Notes: generated from the letters alone by a model not told the origin. A DNA stretch of 46,745 bases from a bacterium (GCA_041559575.1 JBFFDD010000001.1:1-46745); one strand, 5' to 3'. Counted from the stretch's first letter, positions 16,717 through 26,230 are shown. Numbers and translations: made by a program.

Positions 16717-17093
16717 GGTAAGCCTCCTTGATCTCCCCGGGTACATAAATTACCCGATATTGGGATAGGATACAATCTCTAAAATTTGTCTGTGGAGAAC
16801 GGCAGGGGATTGAAATTACTGTGGGATCAAGGGGGAATCAGGACCTATAGGTTCCCGGGCTGGAGATTTCGGCATGGGTGACGGGATCCTCGACCTGTGA
16901 CGAAACTGGATGGGTAACACTGGGGGTAATTTCATCGGCTCCTTCCCGAAAACGGTTTGATAAATGAACCGATAAAAGATCACCCCCCCTCGGGGCCCCC
17001 GGCTCCCCATGACCGGTGTGGGGTTGTTCAGCCGAAACAGGGATATAACATCCCGGCAATATGCCAGGGAAGCGGGGGAGGACTATTCAGTCC

Positions 17094-17846
17094 TCAACTC
17101 CCCACCTGCCTTACTGCACGGTCTCCCGAATATCCTCCAAATATCTGTCGATACGGTCCCGAAGGTGCAGGCCTGAACTCAGAAGCCGGACGCCTGATCC
17201 GACCGGGCCGCCCCTGCCCGGAGAGCCGTTCCAGACAACGGCACCGGATCGGATAGTCCTGAAGGTATCCTCTCCGGGCAGGGTGAAGCGGATCTCGATG
17301 ACCTTGCCTGGTATGGGATGTTCCGGGAGTTCCATAAAGGCCCCTTCGGCGGAGAGGAAGCGGATGTGTGTTGATCTCCTGGCCGTAGAGAATAACCCTG
17401 CACGGAAGATCGACGGAGGTTCTCCTCCAGCGCCGGATGGAGATGCCCAGGCGCTGCCCCACCATGGAGAGGAGGCTGGCCCTCCTGATCGGTTTGTGTA
17501 TCAGACCATCGCATCCCGCCGAGATGCAATCGGAGTTTTTATGGTCCGAGGCACCGGAGCTGACAATGATGACCGGAATCGATCGAGTTCGGAAATCCTC
17601 CTTGAGCAGCCGGCAGACGTTTTCCCCGTTCACGTCCGGCATGTGAAGATCGAGGAGAATGAGGTCAGGAGAAACCGATCGGGCTTTTTCGAGGGCTTCC
17701 GTTCCCGTCCTCGCCCCGTGGATCTCGAATCTGGACTGCCCCAGGCGGGCGATCTGCAGTTGAATAAAAAGCCCCATATCATAGACGATCAGCAACCTTT
17801 TTCTATCCCCCCTCAGGTGAAGGTTGCCCACTATGCCACGGGGCAT
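17094..17846 (-). CDS. Response regulator receiver domain plus PilZ domain, with an apparent frameshift near 17364-17372
   Basis: Receiver domain (LLIVYD..DLILLDLHMPDVNG..IPVIIVS..KP). PilZ starts in this frame with RRWRRTSVDLPCRV. It continues in another frame (ORF 17111..17335): HIRFLSAEGAFMELPEHPIPGKVIEIRFTLPG.. Confidence 0.7.
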   Translation of the reverse strand: MPRGIVGNLHLRGDRKRLLIVYDMGLFIQLQIARLGQSRFEIHGARTGTEALEKARSVSPDLILLDLHMPDVNGENVCRLLKEDFRTRSIPVIIVSSGASDHKNSDCISAGCDGLIHKPIRRASLLSMVGQRLGISIRRWRRTSVDLPCRVILYGQEINTHPLPLRRRGLYGTPGTSHTRQGHRDPLHPARRGYLQDYPIRCRCLERLSGQGRPGRIRRPASEFRPAPSGPYRQIFGGYSGDRAVRQVGS

Positions 17847-17969
17847 TATTTGAGGTAAACTTTACCGGGCAATATGGCTGAATAATGGACCTGTCAGGGA
17901 GGGCTGGATACGTTGACAAAGATAGATTCATCCTGTATTTATCCTCTTTCGACCCGTAAGGGGGTTCCC

Positions 17970-18485
17970 ATGCTGATCAGGCTCGACGAAATACCCCCGG
18001 AGGGGCTGGATTTGGAGGTTCGGCTGGAACCGGAGGCTTCGGTTTCCCGGTCTTTTCGCTCAAAGGGGCCGTTCACCGGTTCCTTCAGGATCAGGAAGAT
18101 CGCCCCCGAGATCCTGGTCAAGGGGAGTGTGGAAGGCGAACTGATCCTTGAATGCAGCCGGTGCCTTAACGAATTCCAGTTTGGCATTCACGAGGATATC
18201 GATCTGGAACTCCGCCCCACGTCCCTGATCGAGGGCAGTGACGAGCTGGAGCTGGCCGATGGTGACCTGGACGTGGAGTTCTTCCAGGGCGATGCCCTGG
18301 ACCTGAACCACATCTTGGTGGAGCAGATCAGTCTCGCTTTGCCCATGAAGCCCCTGTGCTCAGAGGATTGCGACGGTCTCTGTTCCATTTGCGGACAGGA
18401 GCGCAAATTAGCGTCCTGTTCGTGCGATGAGCAGCGCGTTGATCTTAGATGGGAGGCCCTCAGGTCTCTCAAGGACAAGATTTAG
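17970..18485 (+). CDS. yceD: YceD/DUF177 family protein
   Basis: AAGGGGG lies before the ATG at 17970. Contains CSRCL...CSEDCDGLCSICGQ. It sits immediately upstream of rpmF, as is typical. Confidence 0.85.
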   Translation: MLIRLDEIPPEGLDLEVRLEPEASVSRSFRSKGPFTGSFRIRKIAPEILVKGSVEGELILECSRCLNEFQFGIHEDIDLELRPTSLIEGSDELELADGDLDVEFFQGDALDLNHILVEQISLALPMKPLCSEDCDGLCSICGQERKLASCSCDEQRVDLRWEALRSLKDKI

Positions 18486-18548
18486 CCTTTTGAGGGCGCA
18501 ACGGTGTTTTGCCGGGGAACCGGAAGCACCTTGAAGAAGGAGTGAACC

Positions 18549-18731
18549 ATGGCCGTACCGAAACAGAAAACCGCTAAATCCAGGACCCGGAGACGAAGAG
18601 CTCACGATGCCCTGAACACGCCGATGAACAGCACCTGCGAAAAGTGCGGAGAGGTCAAGATGCCTCACCGGGTGTGTTCCCATTGCGGCTATTACAGGGG
18701 CCGCAAGGTCATCGAAGTCGAAGAGGTTTAG
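18549..18731 (+). CDS. rpmF: 50S ribosomal protein L32
   Basis: MAVPKQKTAKSRTRRRRAH with a C-x2-C...C-x2-C zinc ribbon. Confidence 0.95.
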   Translation: MAVPKQKTAKSRTRRRRAHDALNTPMNSTCEKCGEVKMPHRVCSHCGYYRGRKVIEVEEV

Positions 18732-18760
18732 AAGAGGGGCCCTAGGGGTCAGCTGACGCC

Positions 18761-19876
18761 GTGAAAATCGCTGTTGATGCCATGGGAGGGGATTTCGCTC
18801 CCCAAGCAATTGTCGAAGGGGCTGTCCAGTCCGCCCTGGATTTCGAATGCAGGGTGATCCTTGTCGGCGACCGTGAGCTGATCGAGCCGCAGTTGAACCG
18901 GCTGTCCCCGCCCGATGGATTCGTACAGATTAAACACGCCTCAGAAGTGGTGAGGATGGACGAGGCCCCGCGAAGGGCACTGGCCAAAAAAAGGGACTCC
19001 TCCATTATCCGCACCTTCGAACTGGTCAAATCCGGTGAAGCGAACGCTGCTGTCTCAGCGGGCAATTCTGGCGCCGCGATGCTCGCCGGTATGTACGTCC
19101 TGGAACTGCTTCCCAATGTGGACAGGCCGTGCATCGGATCGGTTCTCCCCACCGGCAAGGGAAGGCAGACGGTCATGGCCGATGCCGGCGCCAATGTGGA
19201 CTGCAAACCCCACAACCTCATCCAGTTTGCCTATATGGCCAACGCTTTGGCCAGGTATTCCCTGGAGATCAGCAATCCGAAGGTTGGTCTGCTGAGTATC
19301 GGCGAGGAAGCGGGCAAGGGCAACGAGTCCGTCCGGACGACCTTCAATCTGTTGAAAAAGAGCGACCTGAACTTTGTCGGCAACATCGAAGGTGGAGATA
19401 TCTTTACCGGGAACGTCGATGTTATCGTGTGCGACGGTTTCGTGGGAAATGTGGCCCTGAAAACCGGTGAGGGTGTCGTTCAGATCCTGGCAAGGGCCCT
19501 CAAGGATGAGATCAAATCTTCAGCCCTCGCTCGTTTTGGATATATCTTCATGCGCCCGGCCCTCAAAAAATTCAAGCGTCGCTTCGACTACGACGAGTTT
19601 GGGGGAGCGCTTTTGCTTGGTATCGACGGTATCGGTCTCATCGCCCATGGGCATTCGAATCCCAAAGCCATTAAAAATGCCATCAAAATGGCGGACGATT
19701 TCGCTCGCAGCAGGATCGACAGGAGAATTAAAGAGGAGGTCGAATCCAGTGCCGATCTTAAGCCGAGTGTCGGCGACAAGGTCCATCAGGTCCTCGAAAC
19801 GCTCAAGGACAAGCGGATTGAAATGGACCTGAAAGGCGCGGGTGAACGGACGAGCAGGGTGACTTCCGAGGAGTGA
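18761..19876 (+). CDS. plsX: Phosphate acyltransferase PlsX
   Basis: MKIAVDAMGGDFAP.., VCDGFVGNVALKT. Sits in the rpmF-plsX-fabH context. GTG start. Confidence 0.95.
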   Translation: MKIAVDAMGGDFAPQAIVEGAVQSALDFECRVILVGDRELIEPQLNRLSPPDGFVQIKHASEVVRMDEAPRRALAKKRDSSIIRTFELVKSGEANAAVSAGNSGAAMLAGMYVLELLPNVDRPCIGSVLPTGKGRQTVMADAGANVDCKPHNLIQFAYMANALARYSLEISNPKVGLLSIGEEAGKGNESVRTTFNLLKKSDLNFVGNIEGGDIFTGNVDVIVCDGFVGNVALKTGEGVVQILARALKDEIKSSALARFGYIFMRPALKKFKRRFDYDEFGGALLLGIDGIGLIAHGHSNPKAIKNAIKMADDFARSRIDRRIKEEVESSADLKPSVGDKVHQVLETLKDKRIEMDLKGAGERTSRVTSEE

Positions 19877-19878
19877 CC

Positions 19879-20859
19879 ATGAGGACCCTTATTGCCGGGA
19901 CAGGTTCCTATCTGCCTGACCGGAGGCTCACAAACGCCGATCTGGTCAAGATGGTGGACACGAGTGAGGATTGGATCATCTCCCGGACCGGGATAAGGGA
20001 GCGGAGGATAGCGGCCCCTGAACAGGCCACCTCGGACCTGGCCATCGAGGCGGGGAAAAACGCCCTGGAGATGGCCGGCGTGGAGGCCGGGGAACTCGAC
20101 CTGATCATCGTGGCTACCTTGACCCCGGATTATCTGTTCCCCTCCACAGCCGGCCTCGTCCAGCGGGCACTGGGAGCCCACAAAGCGGCAGCTTTTGACC
20201 TGGAAGCGGCCTGCACCGGCTTCATCTACGCACTGTCCATCGGAGACCTGTTCGTCAGCTCAGGAAAATACAGCAAGGTCCTTGTTATTGGGGCGGAGGT
20301 CCTGTCGAGGTTTATCGACTGGGAAGACCGGAACACGTGCGTCCTGTTCGGCGATGGAGCGGGGGCGGCAGTTCTATTGCCCTCTGAAGATCCTGACAGG
20401 GGCATCGTTTCGACCCATCTTCACAACGACGGTCGAATGGCCGAACTCCTGTACGCGCCTGCCGGAGGATCCCGAAGACCGGCCGACGAGGAGGCCATTT
20501 CCCAGAAGCTCTACACCGTAAAAATGCAGGGCAACGAGGTTTTCAAGATAGCAGTCACCAAGCTCAGCGAGGTAGTCGATGAGGTCCTCAGCGCCAACGA
20601 TATGAAAGAGGAGGAGGTCGATCTGCTCGTTCCACATCAGGCCAACCTGAGGATCATTAAGGCAACCGCAAGAAAGCTCCGGCTCCCCATGGACAAGGTG
20701 ATCGTTACGGTTGACCGCCACGGAAACACCTCGGCAGCGTCCGTTCCCCTGGCTCTGGATGAGGCTGTCCGCACGAACCGGGTCAAGAGGGGTGATACAG
20801 TGCTCCTGGAGGCATTCGGCGGCGGGTTAACCTGGGGGGGAGCCCTCGTGCGGTGGTAA
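19879..20859 (+). CDS. fabH: 3-oxoacyl-ACP synthase III
   Basis: GTGSYLPDR.., active-site AACTGFIYAL, HQANLRI, GGGLTWG. GAGGAG lies 5 nt before the ATG. GTG 19873 is an alternative start. Confidence 0.93.
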   Translation: MRTLIAGTGSYLPDRRLTNADLVKMVDTSEDWIISRTGIRERRIAAPEQATSDLAIEAGKNALEMAGVEAGELDLIIVATLTPDYLFPSTAGLVQRALGAHKAAAFDLEAACTGFIYALSIGDLFVSSGKYSKVLVIGAEVLSRFIDWEDRNTCVLFGDGAGAAVLLPSEDPDRGIVSTHLHNDGRMAELLYAPAGGSRRPADEEAISQKLYTVKMQGNEVFKIAVTKLSEVVDEVLSANDMKEEEVDLLVPHQANLRIIKATARKLRLPMDKVIVTVDRHGNTSAASVPLALDEAVRTNRVKRGDTVLLEAFGGGLTWGGALVRW

Positions 20860-20864
20860 GCAAG

Positions 20865-20988
20865 ACTTCAAGATCATTAATTCAAAATTCAAGATTAAAA
20901 ATTCAAAATAAGCCTTTCGCAGGATTGAGAATTGTTTGCACCCCTGTTTGAACCTTTAACAGTTGACCTTTAACCTTGAATTCAAAAA
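20865..20988. repeat. Complementary heptad arms (ATTCAAA / TTTGAAC)
   Basis: Left arm: attcaaa attcaag attaaaa attcaaa. Right arm: tttgaac ctttaac agttgac ctttaac cttgaat. Confidence 0.8.
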
Positions 20989-21021
20989 GTTTCAGTGAGC
21001 AATGAGACGCCGGAGGGAATA

Positions 21022-22182
21022 ATGGATTATTTTTTGACCGATGAACAGCAGGAAATTCGGGACCTTGCTCGACAGATCGCCGAGGAGAGGATCGTTCCGG
21101 TCCGGGAGGAACTGGACGAGAAAGAGGAGTTCCCCACCGAGGTCATGAAGGCCTGCGCGCAGTCGGATCTGTTCACCATTCCCGTTCCGGAGGAGTACGG
21201 AGGTCTCGGGGGTGGTGTGATGGAGATGTGCCTGGCTGTTGAGGAACTCTCCAAGGCATGCCTGGGTGTTTCTGTGACCTACGCCGCGACTTTCCTGGGG
21301 GCCTATCCCATCATGCTCTTCGGCAGCGATGATCAGAAAGCCAGATACCTGCCGGACATCGCCTCCGGTGAGAAGTTGGGCGCCTTTGGTCTCACGGAGG
21401 CCAATGCGGGGAGTGACGCCGGGGGGATCCGGACGACAGCTGTCAAGGAGGGGGATTCCTACGTCCTCAACGGGACAAAGCAGTGGATCACCAACGCCGG
21501 AGAAGCGGACATCTACACCGTCATCGCCCTGACTGACAAATCCAAAGGCCCCCGCGGCGCCTCGGCCTTCATCGTCGAGAAGGATACACCGGGTTTTTCC
21601 TTCGGTAAGAAGGAGAACAAAATGGGCATCCGGGCCTCCGCCACTCGAGAGCTGATCTTCGAGAACTGTCGAATCCCGGCGGAAAATCTGATCAGCAGGG
21701 AGGGGATGGGTTTCATGGTGGCCATGAAGACCCTTGACATGTCCCGACCCGGGATAGCATCCCAGGGTGTTGGTGTGGCGCAGGGTGCCCTGGACGTTTC
21801 GGTAAACTACGCGCGGGAACGGCACCAGTTCGGACAGCCCATTATCGGGTTCCAGGCGATCCAGCACATGCTGGCGGACATGGCTACCAAAATTGAAGCG
21901 GCGCGTGCCCTGACCTACTCTGTGGCCAGGTTCATCGACAGCGGGGCGAAGGATATCTCCAAGGTCTCGGCTATGACCAAGCTTTACGGAGGAGATATCG
22001 CCGTCCAGGTCACGACTGACGCCGTTCAGGTCCTGGGAGGGTATGGCTACATGAGGGAATACCCGGTGGAGAAGATGATGCGGGACGCCAAGATCCTCCA
22101 GATCTACGAGGGGACTAATCAAATCCAGCGAAACGTCATCGGCGCGGCGCTGATCAAGGAATATGCCCAGAAGAAAAGCTGA
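21022..22182 (+). CDS. Acyl-CoA dehydrogenase (butyryl-CoA dehydrogenase-like)
   Basis: GLTEANAGSDAGG, KQWITN, and the catalytic-base motif QIYEGTNQIQR. GGAGGG lies before the ATG at 21022. Confidence 0.92.
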   Translation: MDYFLTDEQQEIRDLARQIAEERIVPVREELDEKEEFPTEVMKACAQSDLFTIPVPEEYGGLGGGVMEMCLAVEELSKACLGVSVTYAATFLGAYPIMLFGSDDQKARYLPDIASGEKLGAFGLTEANAGSDAGGIRTTAVKEGDSYVLNGTKQWITNAGEADIYTVIALTDKSKGPRGASAFIVEKDTPGFSFGKKENKMGIRASATRELIFENCRIPAENLISREGMGFMVAMKTLDMSRPGIASQGVGVAQGALDVSVNYARERHQFGQPIIGFQAIQHMLADMATKIEAARALTYSVARFIDSGAKDISKVSAMTKLYGGDIAVQVTTDAVQVLGGYGYMREYPVEKMMRDAKILQIYEGTNQIQRNVIGAALIKEYAQKKS

Positions 22183-22277
22183 AGTGTAAAAGAGTGACGG
22201 TGAGCCGGTGTGTCGGGGTCTTTCTCCGTTACACCGTTTCTCCGGCACTCCGACACTGATAATCAATGAGGATTGTG

Positions 22278-23063
22278 ATGAATATCGTCGTCTGTATCAA
22301 GCAGGTCCCCGACACCACCAAGGTCAAGATCGACCCTGAGACCAACACGCTCGTGCGGGAAGGGGTGGAGAGCATCATCAACCCCTTCGATCTTTATGCC
22401 ATCGAGGAAGGTGTCCGACTCAGGGAAGCCCAGGGAGGCACCGTCAAGGTCATCACTATGGGGCCTCCACAGGCTGAGTCCGCCCTGCGGGAGGCGATCT
22501 CTCTGGGGGCCGATGAGTCAATCCTGGTCAGCGACCGGGCCTTTGCGGGATCCGACACATGGGCCACCGCCTACACTCTGGCGGCTGCTATTCGCACCAT
22601 AGGTCCGGTGGACCTGATCATATGCGGCAAACAGGCCATTGACGGTGATACAGCCCAGGTCGGTCCGTCCCTCGCTGACCAGCTGGAGATCCCCTTCGTA
22701 GCCTTTGTCCGGAGGGTAAGAGAGGTTGGTGAGGACGCTATGGTTGTGGAGCGGATGTTCGAAGAGGGGTACGAGGTTGTTCGGCTGCCCCTCCCCGGCC
22801 TCATGACGGTGGTCAAGGAGATCAACGAGCCTCGTCTCCCGTCCCTGAAGGGAAAGATGAGGGCCAAGAAGGCAGAGATCCTGAGAATTGAACGGTCAGC
22901 CATAGAGGTCGAGGACGTCCACCTGGGTCTCGACGGATCTCCCACCCGGGTGGTTAAGATCTTCTCTCCGGAGCTGAAGAAGGCGGGTGAGAAGTGGCAG
23001 GAGGATCCGGATGTGATGGCCGAAAAGCTGGTGGCCAATCTCAGGGCGCAGAAGATCATATAA
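22278..23063 (+). CDS. etfB: Electron transfer flavoprotein beta subunit (bifurcating-type signature)
   Basis: MNIVVCIKQVPDT.. and CGKQAIDGDTAQVGP. ATG 22266 is an alternative start. Confidence 0.9.
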   Translation: MNIVVCIKQVPDTTKVKIDPETNTLVREGVESIINPFDLYAIEEGVRLREAQGGTVKVITMGPPQAESALREAISLGADESILVSDRAFAGSDTWATAYTLAAAIRTIGPVDLIICGKQAIDGDTAQVGPSLADQLEIPFVAFVRRVREVGEDAMVVERMFEEGYEVVRLPLPGLMTVVKEINEPRLPSLKGKMRAKKAEILRIERSAIEVEDVHLGLDGSPTRVVKIFSPELKKAGEKWQEDPDVMAEKLVANLRAQKII

Positions 23064-23287
23064 AGCAGCTCCAAGTTCCACGTTTCATGTTCCAAGTAAA
23101 AAATCTATAAACTTAAGCTCTAAATATCGAATTATGACCATATTTTATTTTCTTTCTTTAAGGTGCAGGAGAATGGGTGAGATACAAGGCCGTCACGCCG
23201 TGGGCGTGATCGAGGATTTCCGACGACTGAGAACGCAGTAGATTGCCCATTATCGTGCACCGCATTCAACTATAAACGAGGATATAT

Positions 23288-24493
23288 ATGGCAGTAGTAG
23301 TCATCAAGGATATGTGCAACGGATGCGAGGCATGTCTCGATTCCTGTCCCTACGAGGCCATCGAGATGGTCGACGGGCTCGCCTATATCAATGAGGCGTG
23401 CACCATGTGTATGGCCTGCCTGGAAGCATGTCCCCTGGAGGCCATCATCAGTGAGGAGACGGAAACGGTTCTGCCCGACCTGGACAAGGACGCCTACTCC
23501 GGGGTGTGGGTCTTTGCTGAGCAGCGGCAGGGGAATGTTTCCACAGTGGTGATGGAGCTCCTCGGCGCAGGGCGGAAGTTGGCCGACGACCTCGGAGAGA
23601 GGCTGACGGCCATCCTCCTCGGACACGATATGGAGTCGGCGGCACGGGACCTTGTCCACCACGGTGCCGACGAGGTCGTTTATGTTGACGACCCTCTTCT
23701 GGCCAACTTCAATGACGGCCCTTACGCTTCGGTCCTGTCCGACCTGATCAGGGAGAGAAAGCCGTCCATCGTCCTGGCCGGCGCAACCTTCATGGGGAGA
23801 TCCTTCATTCCCATGGTCGCATCGAAGGTGGACACGGGGTTAACAGCCGACTGCACATCCCTGGCCATTGATCCGGAAACGCGTGACCTTCTCCAGACTC
23901 GCCCCGCCTTTGGCGGCAACATCATGGCCACCATTATCTGCCCCCGTCACCGGCCTCAAATGGCCACTGTCAGGCACAAGGTTCTCTCCCCCGCAGTGGA
24001 GGACATCCATCACAAAGGTGAGGTCCACATTATCCAGGGTTTCGACGGCACCCGGCTGGATCAGCGGACGGAGGTCCTCGAGGTGGTCGAAGAGGTCATG
24101 GACACCGTTAACCTCGCAGAGGCCGACATCATCGTGTCCGGAGGGCGGGGAGTGGGGAGCCCGGATGGTTTCAAACTCATCGAGGAACTGGCCCTCGAAC
24201 TGGGAGGAGCGGTGGGCGCTTCACGGTCGGTGGTGGACTCGGGGTGGATACCCTATTCGCACCAGGTTGGTCAGACGGGCAAGACGGTCCAGCCCAAAAT
24301 CTACATCGCCTGCGGGATCTCGGGGGCTGTCCAGCACCTTGCCGGAATGCAGGCTTCAGATGTTATCATCGCCATCAACAAGGACGGCGACGCACCCATT
24401 TTCGACGTGGCCAATTACGGTCTGGTGGGAGACCTGTTCGAGATCATTCCGCAGATCATTCAATCAGTAAGGAGCAAGAGGGCCGTGTCATGA
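23288..24493 (+). CDS. etfA: Electron transfer flavoprotein alpha subunit with an N-terminal 2x[4Fe-4S] ferredoxin domain
   Basis: [12 protein letters not shown] and [12 protein letters not shown], followed by the EtfA body ([19 protein letters not shown]). Confidence 0.9.
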   Translation: MAVVVIKDMCNGCEACLDSCPYEAIEMVDGLAYINEACTMCMACLEACPLEAIISEETETVLPDLDKDAYSGVWVFAEQRQGNVSTVVMELLGAGRKLADDLGERLTAILLGHDMESAARDLVHHGADEVVYVDDPLLANFNDGPYASVLSDLIRERKPSIVLAGATFMGRSFIPMVASKVDTGLTADCTSLAIDPETRDLLQTRPAFGGNIMATIICPRHRPQMATVRHKVLSPAVEDIHHKGEVHIIQGFDGTRLDQRTEVLEVVEEVMDTVNLAEADIIVSGGRGVGSPDGFKLIEELALELGGAVGASRSVVDSGWIPYSHQVGQTGKTVQPKIYIACGISGAVQHLAGMQASDVIIAINKDGDAPIFDVANYGLVGDLFEIIPQIIQSVRSKRAVS

Positions 24494-25434
24494 AGCTTGC
24501 GCTTGTCTTTCCGGGGCAGGGTTCCCAGTTCGTCGGCATGGGAAAAGATCTGGCCCAATGGTCCCCGGTGGCCAGGGAGACCTTCCAGGAGGCTGACGAT
24601 ACCCTGAGCTTCGCCCTCACTCGACTTATCTTCGAGGGGCCGGAGGCAGATCTCACACTCACACAGAATACTCAGCCCGCCATTCTCGCTGTCAGTGTGG
24701 CGGCTTTCCGGGTTATGGGCTCCCAACTGCCCGTCGAACCCGCTTTTGTTGCCGGTCACAGTCTTGGGGAGTACTCTGCCCTGGTTGCAGCGCAGAGCCT
24801 CTCTTTCAAGGATGCCATAATGGCGGTCAGGGAGAGGGGAAAGGCGATGCAGGAGGCGGTTCCGGCAGGCAAGGGATCCATGGCCGCTCTCATGGGGATG
24901 GAAAGGGATGAGATCATCGCCCTGTGTGAGGAGGCAGCTGGTGATGGTGGAGTGGTCTCGCCGGCCAATTTCAACTCACCCGGTCAGATCGTCATCGCCG
25001 GGACGAAGGAGAATGTCCTCAGGGCAGTGGAGATTTTCAAGGAGAGGGGGGGGAAGCGGGCGGTTGAACTCCCGGTAAGCGCTCCCTTCCACTGCAGCCT
25101 CATGGAGCCAGCCGCCAAACGCGTGGAGGAGGTCCTCGCAGATATCCTCATTGACAGTCCAAAGACGGTTCTGATAAACAACGCTGAAGCGAAACCTCTG
25201 TCCGCAGCTGAAGATATCAGGCCCTCTCTGATCCGTCAGGTAACGTCACCCGTTCTCTGGGAGGACTCCATCCGGATCATCGCTGACGCCGGGGTGGGAG
25301 GGTTCCTGGAAATCGGTCCCGGCAAGGTGCTTTCCGGCCTTGTCAAGAGAATTCATCGGGAGGCCGAAGTGCAGACCTTCGGCAGACCGGAGGAACTGGA
25401 CGCGGTGGCTGTCATGATGGACAAAGGGGATTAG
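24490..25434 (+). CDS. fabD: Malonyl-CoA:ACP transacylase
   Basis: [18 protein letters not shown].., GHSLGEYSAL. ATGA overlap with etfA. The ORF-track extension to 24244 lies inside etfA. Confidence 0.93.
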   Translation: MKLALVFPGQGSQFVGMGKDLAQWSPVARETFQEADDTLSFALTRLIFEGPEADLTLTQNTQPAILAVSVAAFRVMGSQLPVEPAFVAGHSLGEYSALVAAQSLSFKDAIMAVRERGKAMQEAVPAGKGSMAALMGMERDEIIALCEEAAGDGGVVSPANFNSPGQIVIAGTKENVLRAVEIFKERGGKRAVELPVSAPFHCSLMEPAAKRVEEVLADILIDSPKTVLINNAEAKPLSAAEDIRPSLIRQVTSPVLWEDSIRIIADAGVGGFLEIGPGKVLSGLVKRIHREAEVQTFGRPEELDAVAVMMDKGD

Positions 25435-25492
25435 AGAGATGTCCCTGTCGCCGATCGGACCCATCGAACTTTGAATCGACCAGGGGGTATAG

Positions 25493-26230
25493 ATGGTTGA
25501 GAAGAGCGTCGCCATAGTCACGGGGGGAGGGCAGGGCATCGGGAAGGCTGTTCTCCTGGATCTGGCCGGATCCGGAATCGATGTCGTTGCCGCGGATGTC
25601 AACGAAAATGCAGCTGCCGAAACCGCCAGGGAGGCGGAATCCCGGGGTGTGAAGGCCCTGGGGCTGGGAGTTGATGTGTCCAGCGCCGAGGACGTTAACG
25701 GGATGATCGACTCCACTCTCGAGGCCTTCGGCAGGATCGATTATCTGGTCAACAACGCTGGAATCACCAGGGACAGCCTGCTCATGAGGATGGATGACGA
25801 CGCCTGGAGGACCGTCATCGACATCAATCTCACCGGGACCTATCTCTGTTCCAAGGCGGTCGTTAAGACTTTGATGAAACAGCGCCATGGCAGGATCGTC
25901 AACATCTCCTCTGTGGTCGGTGCCATGGGCAACGCCGGCCAGACCAACTATGCCGCATCCAAGGCGGGAGTGATCGGTTTTACCAAATCCCTGGCCAGGG
26001 AATTAGCTCCTCGGAATATCACAGTCAACGCCATAGCCCCGGGATTTATCAAGACCGCCATGACGGACGCCCTTCCTGAAAAGGCCCGTGATGAACTGGT
26101 GGCCCTTATCCCGTCTCAGCGTCTCGGCGAGCCAGAGGACGTCGCGGCAGCCGTCCGGTTCCTGTTGTCGGATGGAGCTTCCTACGTCACCGGCCAGGTG
26201 ATCCACGTCAACGGCGGGATGTATATGTAA
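25493..26230 (+). CDS. fabG: 3-oxoacyl-ACP reductase
   Basis: VTGGGQGIGKA, NNAGIT, YAASKAG, VNAIAPGFI. Confidence 0.93.
   Translation: MVEKSVAIVTGGGQGIGKAVLLDLAGSGIDVVAADVNENAAAETAREAESRGVKALGLGVDVSSAEDVNGMIDSTLEAFGRIDYLVNNAGITRDSLLMRMDDDAWRTVIDINLTGTYLCSKAVVKTLMKQRHGRIVNISSVVGAMGNAGQTNYAASKAGVIGFTKSLARELAPRNITVNAIAPGFIKTAMTDALPEKARDELVALIPSQRLGEPEDVAAAVRFLLSDGASYVTGQVIHVNGGMYM

Noticed and set aside
16717-17093. The roughly 375-nt untranslated region upstream of the Sec-DsbA gene, as a riboswitch or small-RNA locus.
   Set aside because: I could not recognise any known riboswitch core (for example c-di-GMP, SAM, TPP) by eye. The two short ORFs here (64 and 73 aa) have no convincing start context. 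A covariance-model scan would be needed.
23173-23241. A 22-aa mini-ORF (MGEIQGRHAVGVIEDFRRLRTQ) in the etfB-etfA spacer.
   Set aside because: Its sequence is largely dictated by the TCACGCC/GGCGTGA palindrome. The ribosome-binding-site spacing is poor and there is no supporting evidence.
24244-24489. The N-terminal extensions of the fabD ORF (from 24244) and of the lpxA2 ORF (from 42287).
   Set aside because: Both extensions lie inside the preceding genes (etfA, lpxI) in other frames. The conserved N-termini begin at 24490 ([13 protein letters not shown]) and 42491 (MIPEHKTVIHP).
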